NCBI GenBank assembly: GCA_030647555.1 | Contig: JAUSJG010000008.1 | Location: 1,467 to 65,466 of the forward strand | Direction of reading: 5' to 3' | Length of the DNA: 64,000 nucleotides | Origin: a bacterium | GTDB lineage: Bacteria; Patescibacteriota; Andersenbacteria; UBA10190; CAIZMI01 | In this document: piece after piece, positions 9,284 through 19,423 of the stretch | Position numbering within the stretch: the stretch's first letter is position 1 | How the letters are laid out: each line of letters begins with the position of its first letter | Program-made: the position numbers and the translations under genes | The notes under the pieces: model-generated | What the model saw: the letters and a program-made list of their open reading frames with translations, nothing else | Database searches by the model: none | What the model was told of the DNA's origin: nothing

Positions 9284-11194
9284 ATGAAGATCCTTTCACA
9301 ACTGAAAGAGAGGTGCGATATGGCAGGCACGGAGCGTGTTTTGACGCTTCCGGAGTTGCAAAAAAGGGCACTCCGGGCGTTGGACGATGCACGGCTTGTT
9401 TGTTGGGCGCGGGACGAAAGTCTTAAGCCGAGGGAGGTTTTGCGTTTGGCGCAGGGGCTTAAGGGGTTGTCTCGTCGACAACCCGAGGCAGCAAGATGCA
9501 TGGCGGTGATCCGCCGTGACTATGGCCTAGAAGCCCTGGATCTATTTATCTCAAGCATGGCGCGAGCACGGGCGGAATTATCCGCCACGGAGCAGGCCCA
9601 CCGAGGAGAAATCATGGACACTCGAGTATTGCAGAGTATTGTTGGTTTGACTGATGTTCGCAAGAAGTTTGAGCTGTTACTGAAGAACGGTTACGCGAAA
9701 GAAGCGGCCGAGTTCTTGCTTGAACTGGCTACGAATGGCACGGCTTTTTGTTGGCTTTCTGTGGGTCAAGTAAGAATTGCAAATCCGCTTGGCGATGAGT
9801 TTTGTCAAGAAAAGAGCGGTTCTGCAATTTCCAGTGTGGTGTTTGTTTTTCGGAGGGAAATTGGGAAAGGATTTTTCCCTCTTGATGACCAAGAACAAAA
9901 ATCAGAATCAGAACTTTCAATTCGGTTAGTCAGCTTGGTGCCGATGTTGGAAAAGGCCGGTTTGACTGAAACTTGTCGCGTTGTCGCAATGGAGATCGTA
10001 AAGGCTGTGTTGGAAAATACCGTCAAACACGATCCGCGCGGTGAAGAAAGTCCTGCCAACTATTGGAATGTAGTGGGAACTACTGCGACGGCGCGGGAAC
10101 TTTGGCCGGTCGGTCAGCGGAATCTGGAAAACAATTCGTTGGCTTTTCAGGTCGAAATTTGGCAAGCACGTTTTCACTTTTTTGTCGGTGATCTTGGCCC
10201 GTTAACACAGCAAGTTTTACCGTCATTGGATGATGGTTACCGTGGAACGTTGGAAACGTACCAACAGCTCGATTGGTTGGTCGATTATCTGCAGGAATGC
10301 GGATGGACCATCGAGCAAGTTTGCCAAGAGTTTATCGATTGGCTGGAACGGCACGCGGAACATAATTTGAACAATCAGGTTTTTGTGGCCGTGGCCGGTT
10401 CCGCGCGTTTGCAGTACGGACTGTCTTTGTCGAAAGCTCACTTCGCGCTTCACAAACGTCTCGAATTCTGCTGGCGACAGTTGTGCAACGAGGATCCAAG
10501 AGTACTTTCGTTAGAGATGTTTGTTCAACTGGGACGGCTTGGCTTGTTTAGTAAAGATGACGCCAGTTTTTTCCTGCGCGAACTCACGGATTTGTTGGCG
10601 CGGGGAAGAGTGGCGTTAACGGCGCAGATTGTACGCGTACTTTGTTCTCTAACCTCGGTTGGTTTATGTCAATGTTTTTCAGGGCCTTATAGCGCGTTGA
10701 AAAAAACAGTGTTGGCGGAATTGGGAGAGCTTGCTCCCGAAGCCTTCGATCTGGCAATAGAAAGGCAAGCGTTCGGCGTTGCCGCCGCGCTTGGCCAGCA
10801 CTTCAACTGTGTGGATGAGGCAGCTTTACGCCTCGAGGCCAACAGATCATTGCGAGCGAAATTGGACGAGATCATTCCCGGTCCAGAAACGATGAAAAGC
10901 GCAGATCGAGAAGAAGTGCTCCTTTACGCGCTTGATGGTACCTGTCCTTCCATCGGAGACGAAGAAGATTGCTCGGACGCCACTCCCGAACTGATTGTCA
11001 TGGGAATGCCGGGGAAGGGTTGGAATGGCACCTTGACTCACGAGCAAGCGGAAAAGTATTTCGACGTGCGTGCACAGCGCGACGAATTGCTCAAGACTTT
11101 GGTTGAGATTCGCAAAACCGTGATCAAAGGATCGGTCGAAACGGCACTCGCGCTGGAAATGCCGATCGCGTTGGAAGTCGTAACGCTTCTGTAG
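9284..11194 (+). CDS. hypothetical large alpha-helical protein (Leu/Ala/Arg-rich) encoded in a GC-rich island
   Basis: ORF of 636 aa. Local GC is about 60% against roughly 40% in flanking DNA. ORFs also appear on the opposite strand, which is typical of GC-rich DNA. No motif recognised. Confidence 0.45.
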   Translation: MKILSQLKERCDMAGTERVLTLPELQKRALRALDDARLVCWARDESLKPREVLRLAQGLKGLSRRQPEAARCMAVIRRDYGLEALDLFISSMARARAELSATEQAHRGEIMDTRVLQSIVGLTDVRKKFELLLKNGYAKEAAEFLLELATNGTAFCWLSVGQVRIANPLGDEFCQEKSGSAISSVVFVFRREIGKGFFPLDDQEQKSESELSIRLVSLVPMLEKAGLTETCRVVAMEIVKAVLENTVKHDPRGEESPANYWNVVGTTATARELWPVGQRNLENNSLAFQVEIWQARFHFFVGDLGPLTQQVLPSLDDGYRGTLETYQQLDWLVDYLQECGWTIEQVCQEFIDWLERHAEHNLNNQVFVAVAGSARLQYGLSLSKAHFALHKRLEFCWRQLCNEDPRVLSLEMFVQLGRLGLFSKDDASFFLRELTDLLARGRVALTAQIVRVLCSLTSVGLCQCFSGPYSALKKTVLAELGELAPEAFDLAIERQAFGVAAALGQHFNCVDEAALRLEANRSLRAKLDEIIPGPETMKSADREEVLLYALDGTCPSIGDEEDCSDATPELIVMGMPGKGWNGTLTHEQAEKYFDVRAQRDELLKTLVEIRKTVIKGSVETALALEMPIALEVVTLL

Positions 11195-11221
11195 TCAGTC
11201 GTAGTAGGTTAGTAGTTTGAC

Positions 11222-11254
11222 CCGCATGGTTCTTTGGAACTATGCGGTTTTTTG
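11222..11254 (+). terminator. rho-independent terminator after 9284..11194
   Basis: ccgcatggttctttggaactatgcgg followed by ttttttg. Confidence 0.6.
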
Positions 11255-11331
11255 TATTTGGCAGATGATTCGTAGGGGAGCACGTCCCCGTGCTCCCGCA
11301 ATAAAACGATATCAGTTTGTCACTCGGATAA

Positions 11332-11787
11332 TTACTTTTTGTATAATTCTAAGTAGTATTTATACATAGCACCGATATTGCTGGTAGGTATTTGTTTTAT
11401 CACAGAATAAGCTGAGAAATGATTCTTGTTCAAAACTATCGGATTTCCATCCGATACTTTTATTAGATACCCGGTTGATAAATCTTGTCTATTATTTTCC
11501 GTATTAAATTTGCCTACAAACTGACTGAGCATTATTTTATCTTTTGGATTGATATTTAAACCAACCTCTTGTTGGGCGATTCTTGTAAGTGTGGCATCTA
11601 TACTTTCTCCCTTTAACATCCGCAAACCAGGGAGTGCCCATTGATTTTTGTATGGAGCGATTTTTCGCTTTACCAAAATTACTCCTTCATCGCCGTATTC
11701 AATAATAAGATCAAAGGTGGGAATAACAGCCCATTCCAAAATTAGATCAAATATTTCATTGGGGGCAAAACCCTTGTACTCCTTCAT
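11332..11787 (-). CDS. Nudix-fold hydrolase-like protein with degenerate Nudix box
   Basis: GLRMLKGESIDATLTRIAQQEVGL compared with the consensus GX5EX7REUXEEXGU shows a one-residue shift, RE changed to RI and EE changed to QE. A 2-bp gap to the upstream gene suggests an operon. Confidence 0.5.
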   Translation of the reverse strand: MKEYKGFAPNEIFDLILEWAVIPTFDLIIEYGDEGVILVKRKIAPYKNQWALPGLRMLKGESIDATLTRIAQQEVGLNINPKDKIMLSQFVGKFNTENNRQDLSTGYLIKVSDGNPIVLNKNHFSAYSVIKQIPTSNIGAMYKYYLELYKK

Positions 11788-11789
11788 TA

Positions 11790-12062
11790 CTATTTCTGTT
11801 TTTGTATAGATTCGATAACCAAACGGACATTCGGATTTTCTGAAGGAACGATATTGATTTTTCCCTTTCCATAAGTTTCTTCCAGACCGTGAAAAAACTC
11901 ATCAGCCCACGACGGAGTAATAACGGTTACTTGGCTAAAATCAAGTTCAATTTGTTCTTTTGTATCTTTTGGGATTGTGTATGCTTGCGCGGCCAATAGC
12001 GCTTCGCGGCCAGCCGGTCGCGAAATCAAAAACTTGCCAAATTTACTCATATCGATACGCAT
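11790..12062 (-). CDS. STAS-like small protein (DUF4325-type)
   Basis: 90 aa with the pattern ...ISRPAGREALLAAQAY...IELDFSQVTVITPSWADEFFHGL. Its size and pattern are typical of DUF4325 partners of GHKL ATPases. Confidence 0.5.
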   Translation of the reverse strand: MRIDMSKFGKFLISRPAGREALLAAQAYTIPKDTKEQIELDFSQVTVITPSWADEFFHGLEETYGKGKINIVPSENPNVRLVIESIQKQK

Positions 12063-12071
12063 AATTATAGT

Positions 12072-12686
12072 TTATCTTGTATTCATTATTATTTCAACTT
12101 CGGCATAGGTGCCATATACAAATTCTTGTTTATCTTGTACAAATGAAGCCACAACGCTTTCGTTTATTGGAAAAACTGTTTCAAATTTAGCGTCGCCTGT
12201 TTGAATGAAAAAATGTGCCTCGGGAAATTCTTGATTTAGTGATTTCATGATAAATTTTAATCCTCTTCCGCGATTTTCAGGTTGGCGGCCACTTATCTGC
12301 TTGGTCAACGCAACAATTAAGGCATCATGATGGGAGGTTAGATTTTTGTCTGCTTGTTGTAGGGAACGTAAAACTCCCTGTCCGCGGTCTGCAATAATGA
12401 TCCGTAAAACATTATTTTGTACTTCAAAAGAAAACCAACAACCGGATATATCCTTCCATGAACCCAAATTATGATCAAAACAGTTGGTTGTAAGTTCGGC
12501 GGCAAGAGCCGTGAGGAGCGCTGTTTTTTCTTCAGCAAGGCCATTGGCGATTGCTTCTTGGTATAATTTTGGCAGGCGGCCGTCGGCAATATCGCGCGTT
12601 GGACAATAATATTGAGGTGGTGGTTCATTCACAAAATTTTCTTTTGCCCAAATTATTGCTTGATTTTCCATAGAGCTATTATACAT
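12072..12686 (-). CDS. GHKL-superfamily (histidine-kinase-like) ATPase
   Basis: Bergerat-fold motifs: N box ELTTNCFDH, G1 box IADRGQGV, G2 box GRGLKFI. Confidence 0.65.
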   Translation of the reverse strand: MYNSSMENQAIIWAKENFVNEPPPQYYCPTRDIADGRLPKLYQEAIANGLAEEKTALLTALAAELTTNCFDHNLGSWKDISGCWFSFEVQNNVLRIIIADRGQGVLRSLQQADKNLTSHHDALIVALTKQISGRQPENRGRGLKFIMKSLNQEFPEAHFFIQTGDAKFETVFPINESVVASFVQDKQEFVYGTYAEVEIIMNTR

Positions 12687-12789
12687 CGCTTTTACAAAAT
12701 GTGTCCGTATCCAGTAATTATTTTGTCTTTCTTGCTTCTTGTTCGAAAATTATTTATTCTATTATAGTCAAAGGAGGACGGCGTTCCGA

Positions 12790-12850
12790 CTTCCGATATC
12801 CCGCCCATCTGGGCGAGGCTCGCCCTGAGGGGCGGCTGACTTCCGATCTC
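12790..12850. repeat. GC-rich REP-like hairpin unit (family 3) flanked by 10-bp direct repeat gacttccgat
   Basis: cccgcccatctgggcgaggctcgccctgaggggcgg. Related units lie at 26497-26540 and, as two tandem inverted copies, at 50670-50770. Confidence 0.6.
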
Positions 12851-12857
12851 CTCGTAC

Positions 12858-12957
12858 GGCCTCATCGTCTAACGGCTAGGACGAAGCGTTCTCAACGCTT
12901 AAATCGGAGTTCGCCCGCCAAAACGGCGGGCGCCCGCTGAAATAGCGGGCGATTCTC
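12858..12957 (+). pseudogene. truncated duplicate of tRNA-Glu (nt 1-56) with two GC hairpins inserted in the T-arm
   Basis: 12858-12913 matches the first 56 nt of the tRNA at 13011. Then follow cccgccaaaacggcggg and cgcccgctgaaatagcgggcg, then attctc. No 3' acceptor strand is present. Confidence 0.55.
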
Positions 12958-13010
12958 TAGTATGATTTTGCAATAGACAACCGCAAGAAAACAGATAAAA
13001 CTGTAAATAC

Positions 13011-13085
13011 GGCCTCATCGTCTAACGGCTAGGACGAAGCGTTCTCAACGCTTAAATCGGAGTTCGATTCTCCGTGAGGCTACCA
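13011..13085 (+). tRNA. tRNA-Glu (anticodon CUC), CCA encoded
   Basis: Manual fold: 7-bp acceptor stem with a G1:U wobble, D-arm gtct/ggac, anticodon stem aagcg/cgctt, loop ttCTCaa, T-arm cggag-ttcgatt-ctccg, discriminator A then CCA. Confidence 0.7.
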
Positions 13086-13090
13086 ATGTT

Positions 13091-13771
13091 TTATTGCTGT
13101 TGTTTCAGCAGTTTCGAGCAATCCGCTTCCTTCATATATGTTCTGGTTGGTAGGTTATCTGACAGAAAACTGCCCATGCTTTGTACACCAGATTTTGTGC
13201 GTTCCCAAAAACTTAACTGTTTGGACGCTAGTGGGTTGGGATTTGGGGCAGGAGTGGCCGGAAAATCTTTTGGCAGAATCTCTATTTCTAATTTTTTGGC
13301 GCCGAAGGCGATTGCTTCCTTTGTTGTCGGGTGCCAGATGTCGATAATTTTTACGCCGTTGTATTTGGCGTTCATTCGATCTTCTACGGTATAAAAATCA
13401 TTGCCGATTTTCAAACGGGTGCCAATTGGAAGAAAATTGGTGGCAACTACTCCTTTGCGAACAACAGTGCCAGACGCGGTAATGCATGGCGACGCATCGT
13501 TTTGATCGACAGTGGGCGAATAGGCGACGGCAGTGACTTTAAATTTTTGACCGACTTTTGGGGAAAGGTATCCGACAGTACTCATTTGCAATTTACTGAA
13601 AGCGTCACCAATCGCGCTAAACCAGCCAACCTTTTTTTCTTCGGTTACTGTGATTCTGTAGCGCGGGGAGTTGATTTGTTGGGCAAAGGCAATAGAACTC
13701 ATGATAAGAATGAGTAATGAAGTTGCGACAACAGAGTATTTCCAGGATGATTTTTTGTGTTTCTTTGGCAC
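13091..13771 (-). CDS. secreted 3D-domain protein (MltA/RlpA-like cell-wall-associated)
   Basis: Signal peptide. C-terminal FLPIGTRLKIGNDFYTVEDRMNAKYNGVKIIDIW...LEIEIL matches the 3D-domain pattern. Confidence 0.6.
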   Translation of the reverse strand: MPKKHKKSSWKYSVVATSLLILIMSSIAFAQQINSPRYRITVTEEKKVGWFSAIGDAFSKLQMSTVGYLSPKVGQKFKVTAVAYSPTVDQNDASPCITASGTVVRKGVVATNFLPIGTRLKIGNDFYTVEDRMNAKYNGVKIIDIWHPTTKEAIAFGAKKLEIEILPKDFPATPAPNPNPLASKQLSFWERTKSGVQSMGSFLSDNLPTRTYMKEADCSKLLKQQQ

Positions 13772-13994
13772 TAATATAAGTATATAGTGAGAGAAAAAAT
13801 AAATCCAAAGCTGGAGTTTGGAAATAATTTTTCAGTCTCCAATTTGAAATTTGAAATCAATTTTTAATATCTAAATTTGAAATACGAACGCGTTTTTCAA
13901 ATTAATTTATTACGATATTTCAAATTTCAAATTAAAAATTCACAAAATAAGATTGCTTTTCTACTGATGTATTTATAACAGTATGGTCTTCTCT

Positions 13995-15806
13995 CTATCT
14001 CTTCGCTTTCGAACGTATTGTCGCGTTCAAAATCTTTTTGCGAAGACGTAGATTTTTTGGTGTGACTTCCAATAATTCGTCTTCTTCCAAGAAGTCCAAA
14101 CATTGTTCCAGGCTGAAAATTGTCGGCGGGGTAAGGATGAGAGCATCATCGGAGCCGGAAGCGCGCATGTTGGAAAGACGCTTTTCTTTGGTGACGTTAA
14201 TTTCAATATCTTCTTCACGAGAATTAAGCCCGATAATCATTCCTTCATAAACTTCCGTCTGTGGTCCGGTAAATACTGTGCCGCGTCCTTGCGCGATATT
14301 TAAGCCATACGAAAAGGTTTTGCCTGTTTCAGATGAAATCAACACACCGTTGCGGAGTTGTTGCAAAAGCGCGCCCATTTTATCGAAGCGTAGGAATTGC
14401 GAGTTCATCACCGCTGTTCCACGTGATGCTGTCATGAGGGTGCTACGCAAACCAATCAAGCCACGCGTAGTAATTTCAAAAGTCAGGTGGGTGGTGTTGT
14501 CGGAATTAACGGTGTTGCCAAGTAGTACTCCGCGACGACGACCGATTTCGCTGGTGACCGTACCGACATGTTGTGTTTCAACGTCGACTGTTAATTCTTC
14601 GATTGGTTCCATTAAAACACCATCGACCATCTTTGTGATGACGTGTGGTTTACCGACTTCCAATTCGAAGCCTTCACGACGGAGTGTTTCGATAAACACG
14701 GACAAATGTAATTCACCGCGACCACACAACACGTATTCACCGGCATCACTGCGATCAAATTTCATGGAGACGTTTGTTTCCAATTCTTTGTTGATGCGAT
14801 CCAAAATTTGGCGGGATGTGACAAACTGGCCTTCGCGACCGGCAAACGGGGAGGTGTTGGCACCGATGGACATTTTTAATGTCGGTTCTTGGATGGCAAT
14901 CGTCGGTAAAACATCAGGATGTTCCGCATCGGCCACCGTATCGCCAATTTTGACGTTTTTAAGGCCCGTGAGGGCGACAATGTCACCCGCAACGGCTTCT
15001 TGCACTTCTTCACGGCTTAATCCGCGATTTACAAACACCTTATCGATTTTGGTGTTTTCAATTTTGTTATCTTTGTCGATAATTGCAATCGCCATACCGG
15101 GTTTCGCCACGCCACGGCGCACTTTTCCAACGGCATATTTTCCGCGGTAGTCGTCCCAATCAAGAGCGGCAATCAAAATTTGAAACGGCTTTTCCGGTTC
15201 AATAAATGGCGGTGGAATGTGTTTGATAATCGCTTCAAAAATTGGTGTCAGGTCGGCAGGAGCAGTCATATCGGCCGGCATTTCGTTCCAGGCTTTTCCT
15301 TCGCGACCGATAGCGTACAGAACGGGGAATTCCAAGTGATGGTCGTGCGTGGCCAGTTCCAAAAACAGGTCGTTGGTTTCTTCCAGGGCTTCTTCGACTC
15401 TAGCGTCACGCTTGTCGATTTTGTTGATGACAACGATTGGTTTTAGTCCAAGTTCAAAGGCTTTTTTCAAAACAAATTTTGTTTGGGGCATCGGACCTTC
15501 TTGCGCGTCGATCACCAAAACAACGCCGTCCGCCATATTGAGTGTGCGTTCCACTTCACCGGAAAAATCGGCGTGACCGGGAGTGTCGACGATGTTGATT
15601 TTCGTGTCTTTGTACATGACCGCCGTGTTTTTGGCCAAAATTGTGATGCCACGTTCGCGTTCCTGGTCGTTACTATCCATAATCAACGTCTGCGACATTA
15701 CCGCTTCGTTTTCACGAAACGTATGTGCCTGTTTTAAAAGACCATCAACTAAAGTGGTCTTCCCATGATCGACGTGGGCAATAATAGCGACGTTGCGAAT
15801 TTCCAT
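13995..15806 (-). CDS. typA: translational GTPase TypA/BipA
   Basis: [23 protein letters not shown] and NKIDK GTPase motifs. Its ~600-aa length fits TypA rather than LepA or EF-G. Confidence 0.9.
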   Translation of the reverse strand: MEIRNVAIIAHVDHGKTTLVDGLLKQAHTFRENEAVMSQTLIMDSNDQERERGITILAKNTAVMYKDTKINIVDTPGHADFSGEVERTLNMADGVVLVIDAQEGPMPQTKFVLKKAFELGLKPIVVINKIDKRDARVEEALEETNDLFLELATHDHHLEFPVLYAIGREGKAWNEMPADMTAPADLTPIFEAIIKHIPPPFIEPEKPFQILIAALDWDDYRGKYAVGKVRRGVAKPGMAIAIIDKDNKIENTKIDKVFVNRGLSREEVQEAVAGDIVALTGLKNVKIGDTVADAEHPDVLPTIAIQEPTLKMSIGANTSPFAGREGQFVTSRQILDRINKELETNVSMKFDRSDAGEYVLCGRGELHLSVFIETLRREGFELEVGKPHVITKMVDGVLMEPIEELTVDVETQHVGTVTSEIGRRRGVLLGNTVNSDNTTHLTFEITTRGLIGLRSTLMTASRGTAVMNSQFLRFDKMGALLQQLRNGVLISSETGKTFSYGLNIAQGRGTVFTGPQTEVYEGMIIGLNSREEDIEINVTKEKRLSNMRASGSDDALILTPPTIFSLEQCLDFLEEDELLEVTPKNLRLRKKILNATIRSKAKR

Positions 15807-15943
15807 GACGGCAATTAGAAACTAGAACTTAGGGTTTAATAATATATTGAACGGATGAAGTATAGCTGTGGTTGTAGTTTTTGGCAAGCGTTCACGATGC
15901 TAAATTTTTGACGTCTCAATAATTTAGTAATAACATTATACAC

Positions 15944-16735
15944 ATGAATAAAACAATTAAAACAGTGATATTTATTGTGGCGATAGTTGTAATCGTGATT
16001 ATAGGTTTATTATTTTTTGTGTCTAAGAAGGGAAATACTGTAAATAATGAACAAAAGGCAGGTAATGTTTCTTCTTGGACTTGCGGGAGTCCTTTGGTTG
16101 ATACTCGGGACGCAAAAAATTACAAGACTGTGCTGATCGGAAAACAGTGTTGGATGGCGGAGAATATCAACGTGGGGATTAAAATTGCTGGTTCTGAGAA
16201 TCAAGGAACAAACTGTAGTTCGATTCAAAAATACTGCTATGATGATAATGATAATAACTGCAAATTATATGGCGGACTTTACCAGTGGAACCAGACTATG
16301 TGCGGTTCAATCACGGCCGGCACTCAAGGAATTTGTCCAATTGGCTGGCATGTTCCATCTCACGATGAATTTACTACCCTAGAAAGAGCCGTATGTATTT
16401 CTAGTACCTGCGCAACTGATTTTCCGTATGATTCTTCAAATTATATTGGTGAAAGGGGTACCAATGAGGGGCGTGTGTTAAGGGTAGGCGGAACATCAAA
16501 ATTTAATGTTATGTTTGCGGGAAGTAGGTACCCAACGGGAGAGTATAATTCCAAAACAGCCTCTGGATCATTTAACGCGATTAACGTTTGGGGTACTTTT
16601 TGGTCATCTTCAACAAGACCACCGGCCACCTGGAGTGCGTGGGATCGAACTTTTGATTCGGGAAAGTCAACAATTTACCGAATAGATAATGAAAGGGGAT
16701 ATGGTGTTTCCGTTCGTTGTCTGAAAAACAAATAG
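15944..16735 (+). CDS. secreted protein with Fibrobacter succinogenes major paralogous (FISUMP) domain
   Basis: N-terminal TM or signal peptide. DTRDAKNYKTVLIGKQCWMAENIN, YGGLYQWN, CPIGWHVPSHDEF and GYGVSVRCLKN match the TIGR02145-type domain. Confidence 0.7.
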   Translation: MNKTIKTVIFIVAIVVIVIIGLLFFVSKKGNTVNNEQKAGNVSSWTCGSPLVDTRDAKNYKTVLIGKQCWMAENINVGIKIAGSENQGTNCSSIQKYCYDDNDNNCKLYGGLYQWNQTMCGSITAGTQGICPIGWHVPSHDEFTTLERAVCISSTCATDFPYDSSNYIGERGTNEGRVLRVGGTSKFNVMFAGSRYPTGEYNSKTASGSFNAINVWGTFWSSSTRPPATWSAWDRTFDSGKSTIYRIDNERGYGVSVRCLKNK

Positions 16736-16739
16736 AATT

Positions 16740-17096
16740 TTATTCCGCTTCGTGGATTTCTTTGTTTTCCATGTTTACCAAACTCTTTTTGATTTTGAGA
16801 TGGGGGAAGGCTTGGGCAATTTTGGCTTCTAACTTTTGCATTACTTCGAAGTGGTCTTCTTTTGTTTCACTGCCACCGTGTGCCGCACAGTTCATGTGAT
16901 CGTGGATGATGACTTCGTCGAAAGCGCCCTTGATTGCCTCGAGTGAGCGCATTTCGTCAGCGAGTGTTTCAAAATATTTGAGGGCACCGACGGCGCCACC
17001 GACAAAGGATAAAACGTACGGACCTTGGGGGATACATTCTTTAAATTCGTCTTCGTACATGCGATGATCGACACATAAGACCATGAAGGATTTCAT
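16740..17096 (-). CDS. hypothetical small Cys/His-rich protein (beta-carbonic-anhydrase-like ligand pattern, weak)
   Basis: CVDHR and HDHMNCAAHGG resemble CxDxR and HxxC zinc-ligand motifs. At 118 aa the protein is too short to be a canonical beta-CA. Confidence 0.3.
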   Translation of the reverse strand: MKSFMVLCVDHRMYEDEFKECIPQGPYVLSFVGGAVGALKYFETLADEMRSLEAIKGAFDEVIIHDHMNCAAHGGSETKEDHFEVMQKLEAKIAQAFPHLKIKKSLVNMENKEIHEAE

Positions 17097-17151
17097 AAAT
17101 TGATATTATTAGGATTTAGTTGATAAATAATACTTTTGAGGGATTTAGATT

Positions 17152-17298
17152 TGTATATTGTATTTGGTATATAGTATATGGGTTTATTGACAATAAATCG
17201 TAAGATATTGTTTTGCGGCTGATTATTTCTTGGTCGGAATTTTATATTACAACTTTGGGATAATAATTCAATATACTATATACTAAATACTATATACA
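17152..17298. mobile_element. MITE-like element, family 1, copy 2
   Basis: tgtatattgtatttggtatatagtatatgggttta ... aattcaatatactatatactaaatactatataca. Internal homology to copy 1 (ttttgcggctga...ttggtcggaa). Confidence 0.7.
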
Positions 17299-17361
17299 AA
17301 GAGCTACTGGAGTTTGCCGCGCCCATGCACCACAAGGGTGCAGGGCTCGCAAAGACTGATG

Positions 17362-17811
17362 CTATACGCGGTGTTTCTTGCGACGCAACTCTGCTACCTT
17401 AAGTCTCGCCATACTCTGTTCTATCACCGACGTTGCTTCGGCAAGTGATACCTGATCCTTGGCAGTCTTTTGCATTTCCATTGCACGTTCCAGTGCTTCT
17501 TTGGCGTGCATTTCGTTGATGTCTTCGGCTCTCTCTGCTGTGTCGGCTAAAAGGCGGGCGCGTTTTCCATCGATTTCCATTAAGCCACCGGATGTTGCTA
17601 GGTGTTCGAGATTCGCATCAGGATCGCCTTCTTTTTTTCGAACGGAAATTACGCCAGGTGTCACAATATTTATTAACGGCATGTGGTGCGGGAAGATTCC
17701 TATTTGTCCATTTGGTGTTGGCACCAGGATCTCATATACATCTTCCTGTAACTTGAGTCCTTCCGGCGTAACTAATTCGAATGATATTGAAGTCATGTGA
17801 AAAATTTTCAA
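17362..17811 (-). CDS. atpC: F-type ATP synthase epsilon subunit
   Basis: Last gene of the atp operon. Epsilon-like beta-sandwich N-terminus and helical C-terminus. Confidence 0.8.
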   Translation of the reverse strand: MKIFHMTSISFELVTPEGLKLQEDVYEILVPTPNGQIGIFPHHMPLINIVTPGVISVRKKEGDPDANLEHLATSGGLMEIDGKRARLLADTAERAEDINEMHAKEALERAMEMQKTAKDQVSLAEATSVIEQSMARLKVAELRRKKHRV

Positions 17812-17929
17812 TTATCAATTGCCAATTATCAATGAATTATCAATTCTTAAATTATCAAACGACGACGTCGAAAATTGATCATTGAGCCATTTGATAATTA
17901 ATTGAAAATTGGTCATTGAAAATTGATAA

Positions 17930-17931
<2 letters not shown>
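17800..17931. mobile_element. MITE-like element, family 2 (aattatcaat palindrome), copy a, inside atp operon between atpD and atpC
   Basis: Terminal inverted repeats aattttcaattatcaat ... attgataattatt. The centre is cgacgacgtcg. Homologous copies lie at 25517-25650 and 39358-39496. Confidence 0.65.
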
Positions 17932-19345
<1,414 letters not shown>

Positions 19346-19423
19346 TTAAGATTCTACAATTTAATAGTTGCTGAGATTGCTTCGCCTCGCCCCTTGGCGA
19401 TGGCTCGCAAAGACGGACGGGTA

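Noticed and set aside
11332-13085. Integrated prophage or ICE at the tRNA-Glu locus
   Set aside because: No integrase, recombinase or transposase ORF is present anywhere in the window. Only the tRNA fragment and compositional islands hint at past integration.
16740-17096. Calling the 118-aa Cys/His protein a beta-carbonic anhydrase
   Set aside because: Motif resemblance only (CxDxR, HxxC). The protein is about half the length of known beta-CAs, so it is kept as hypothetical.
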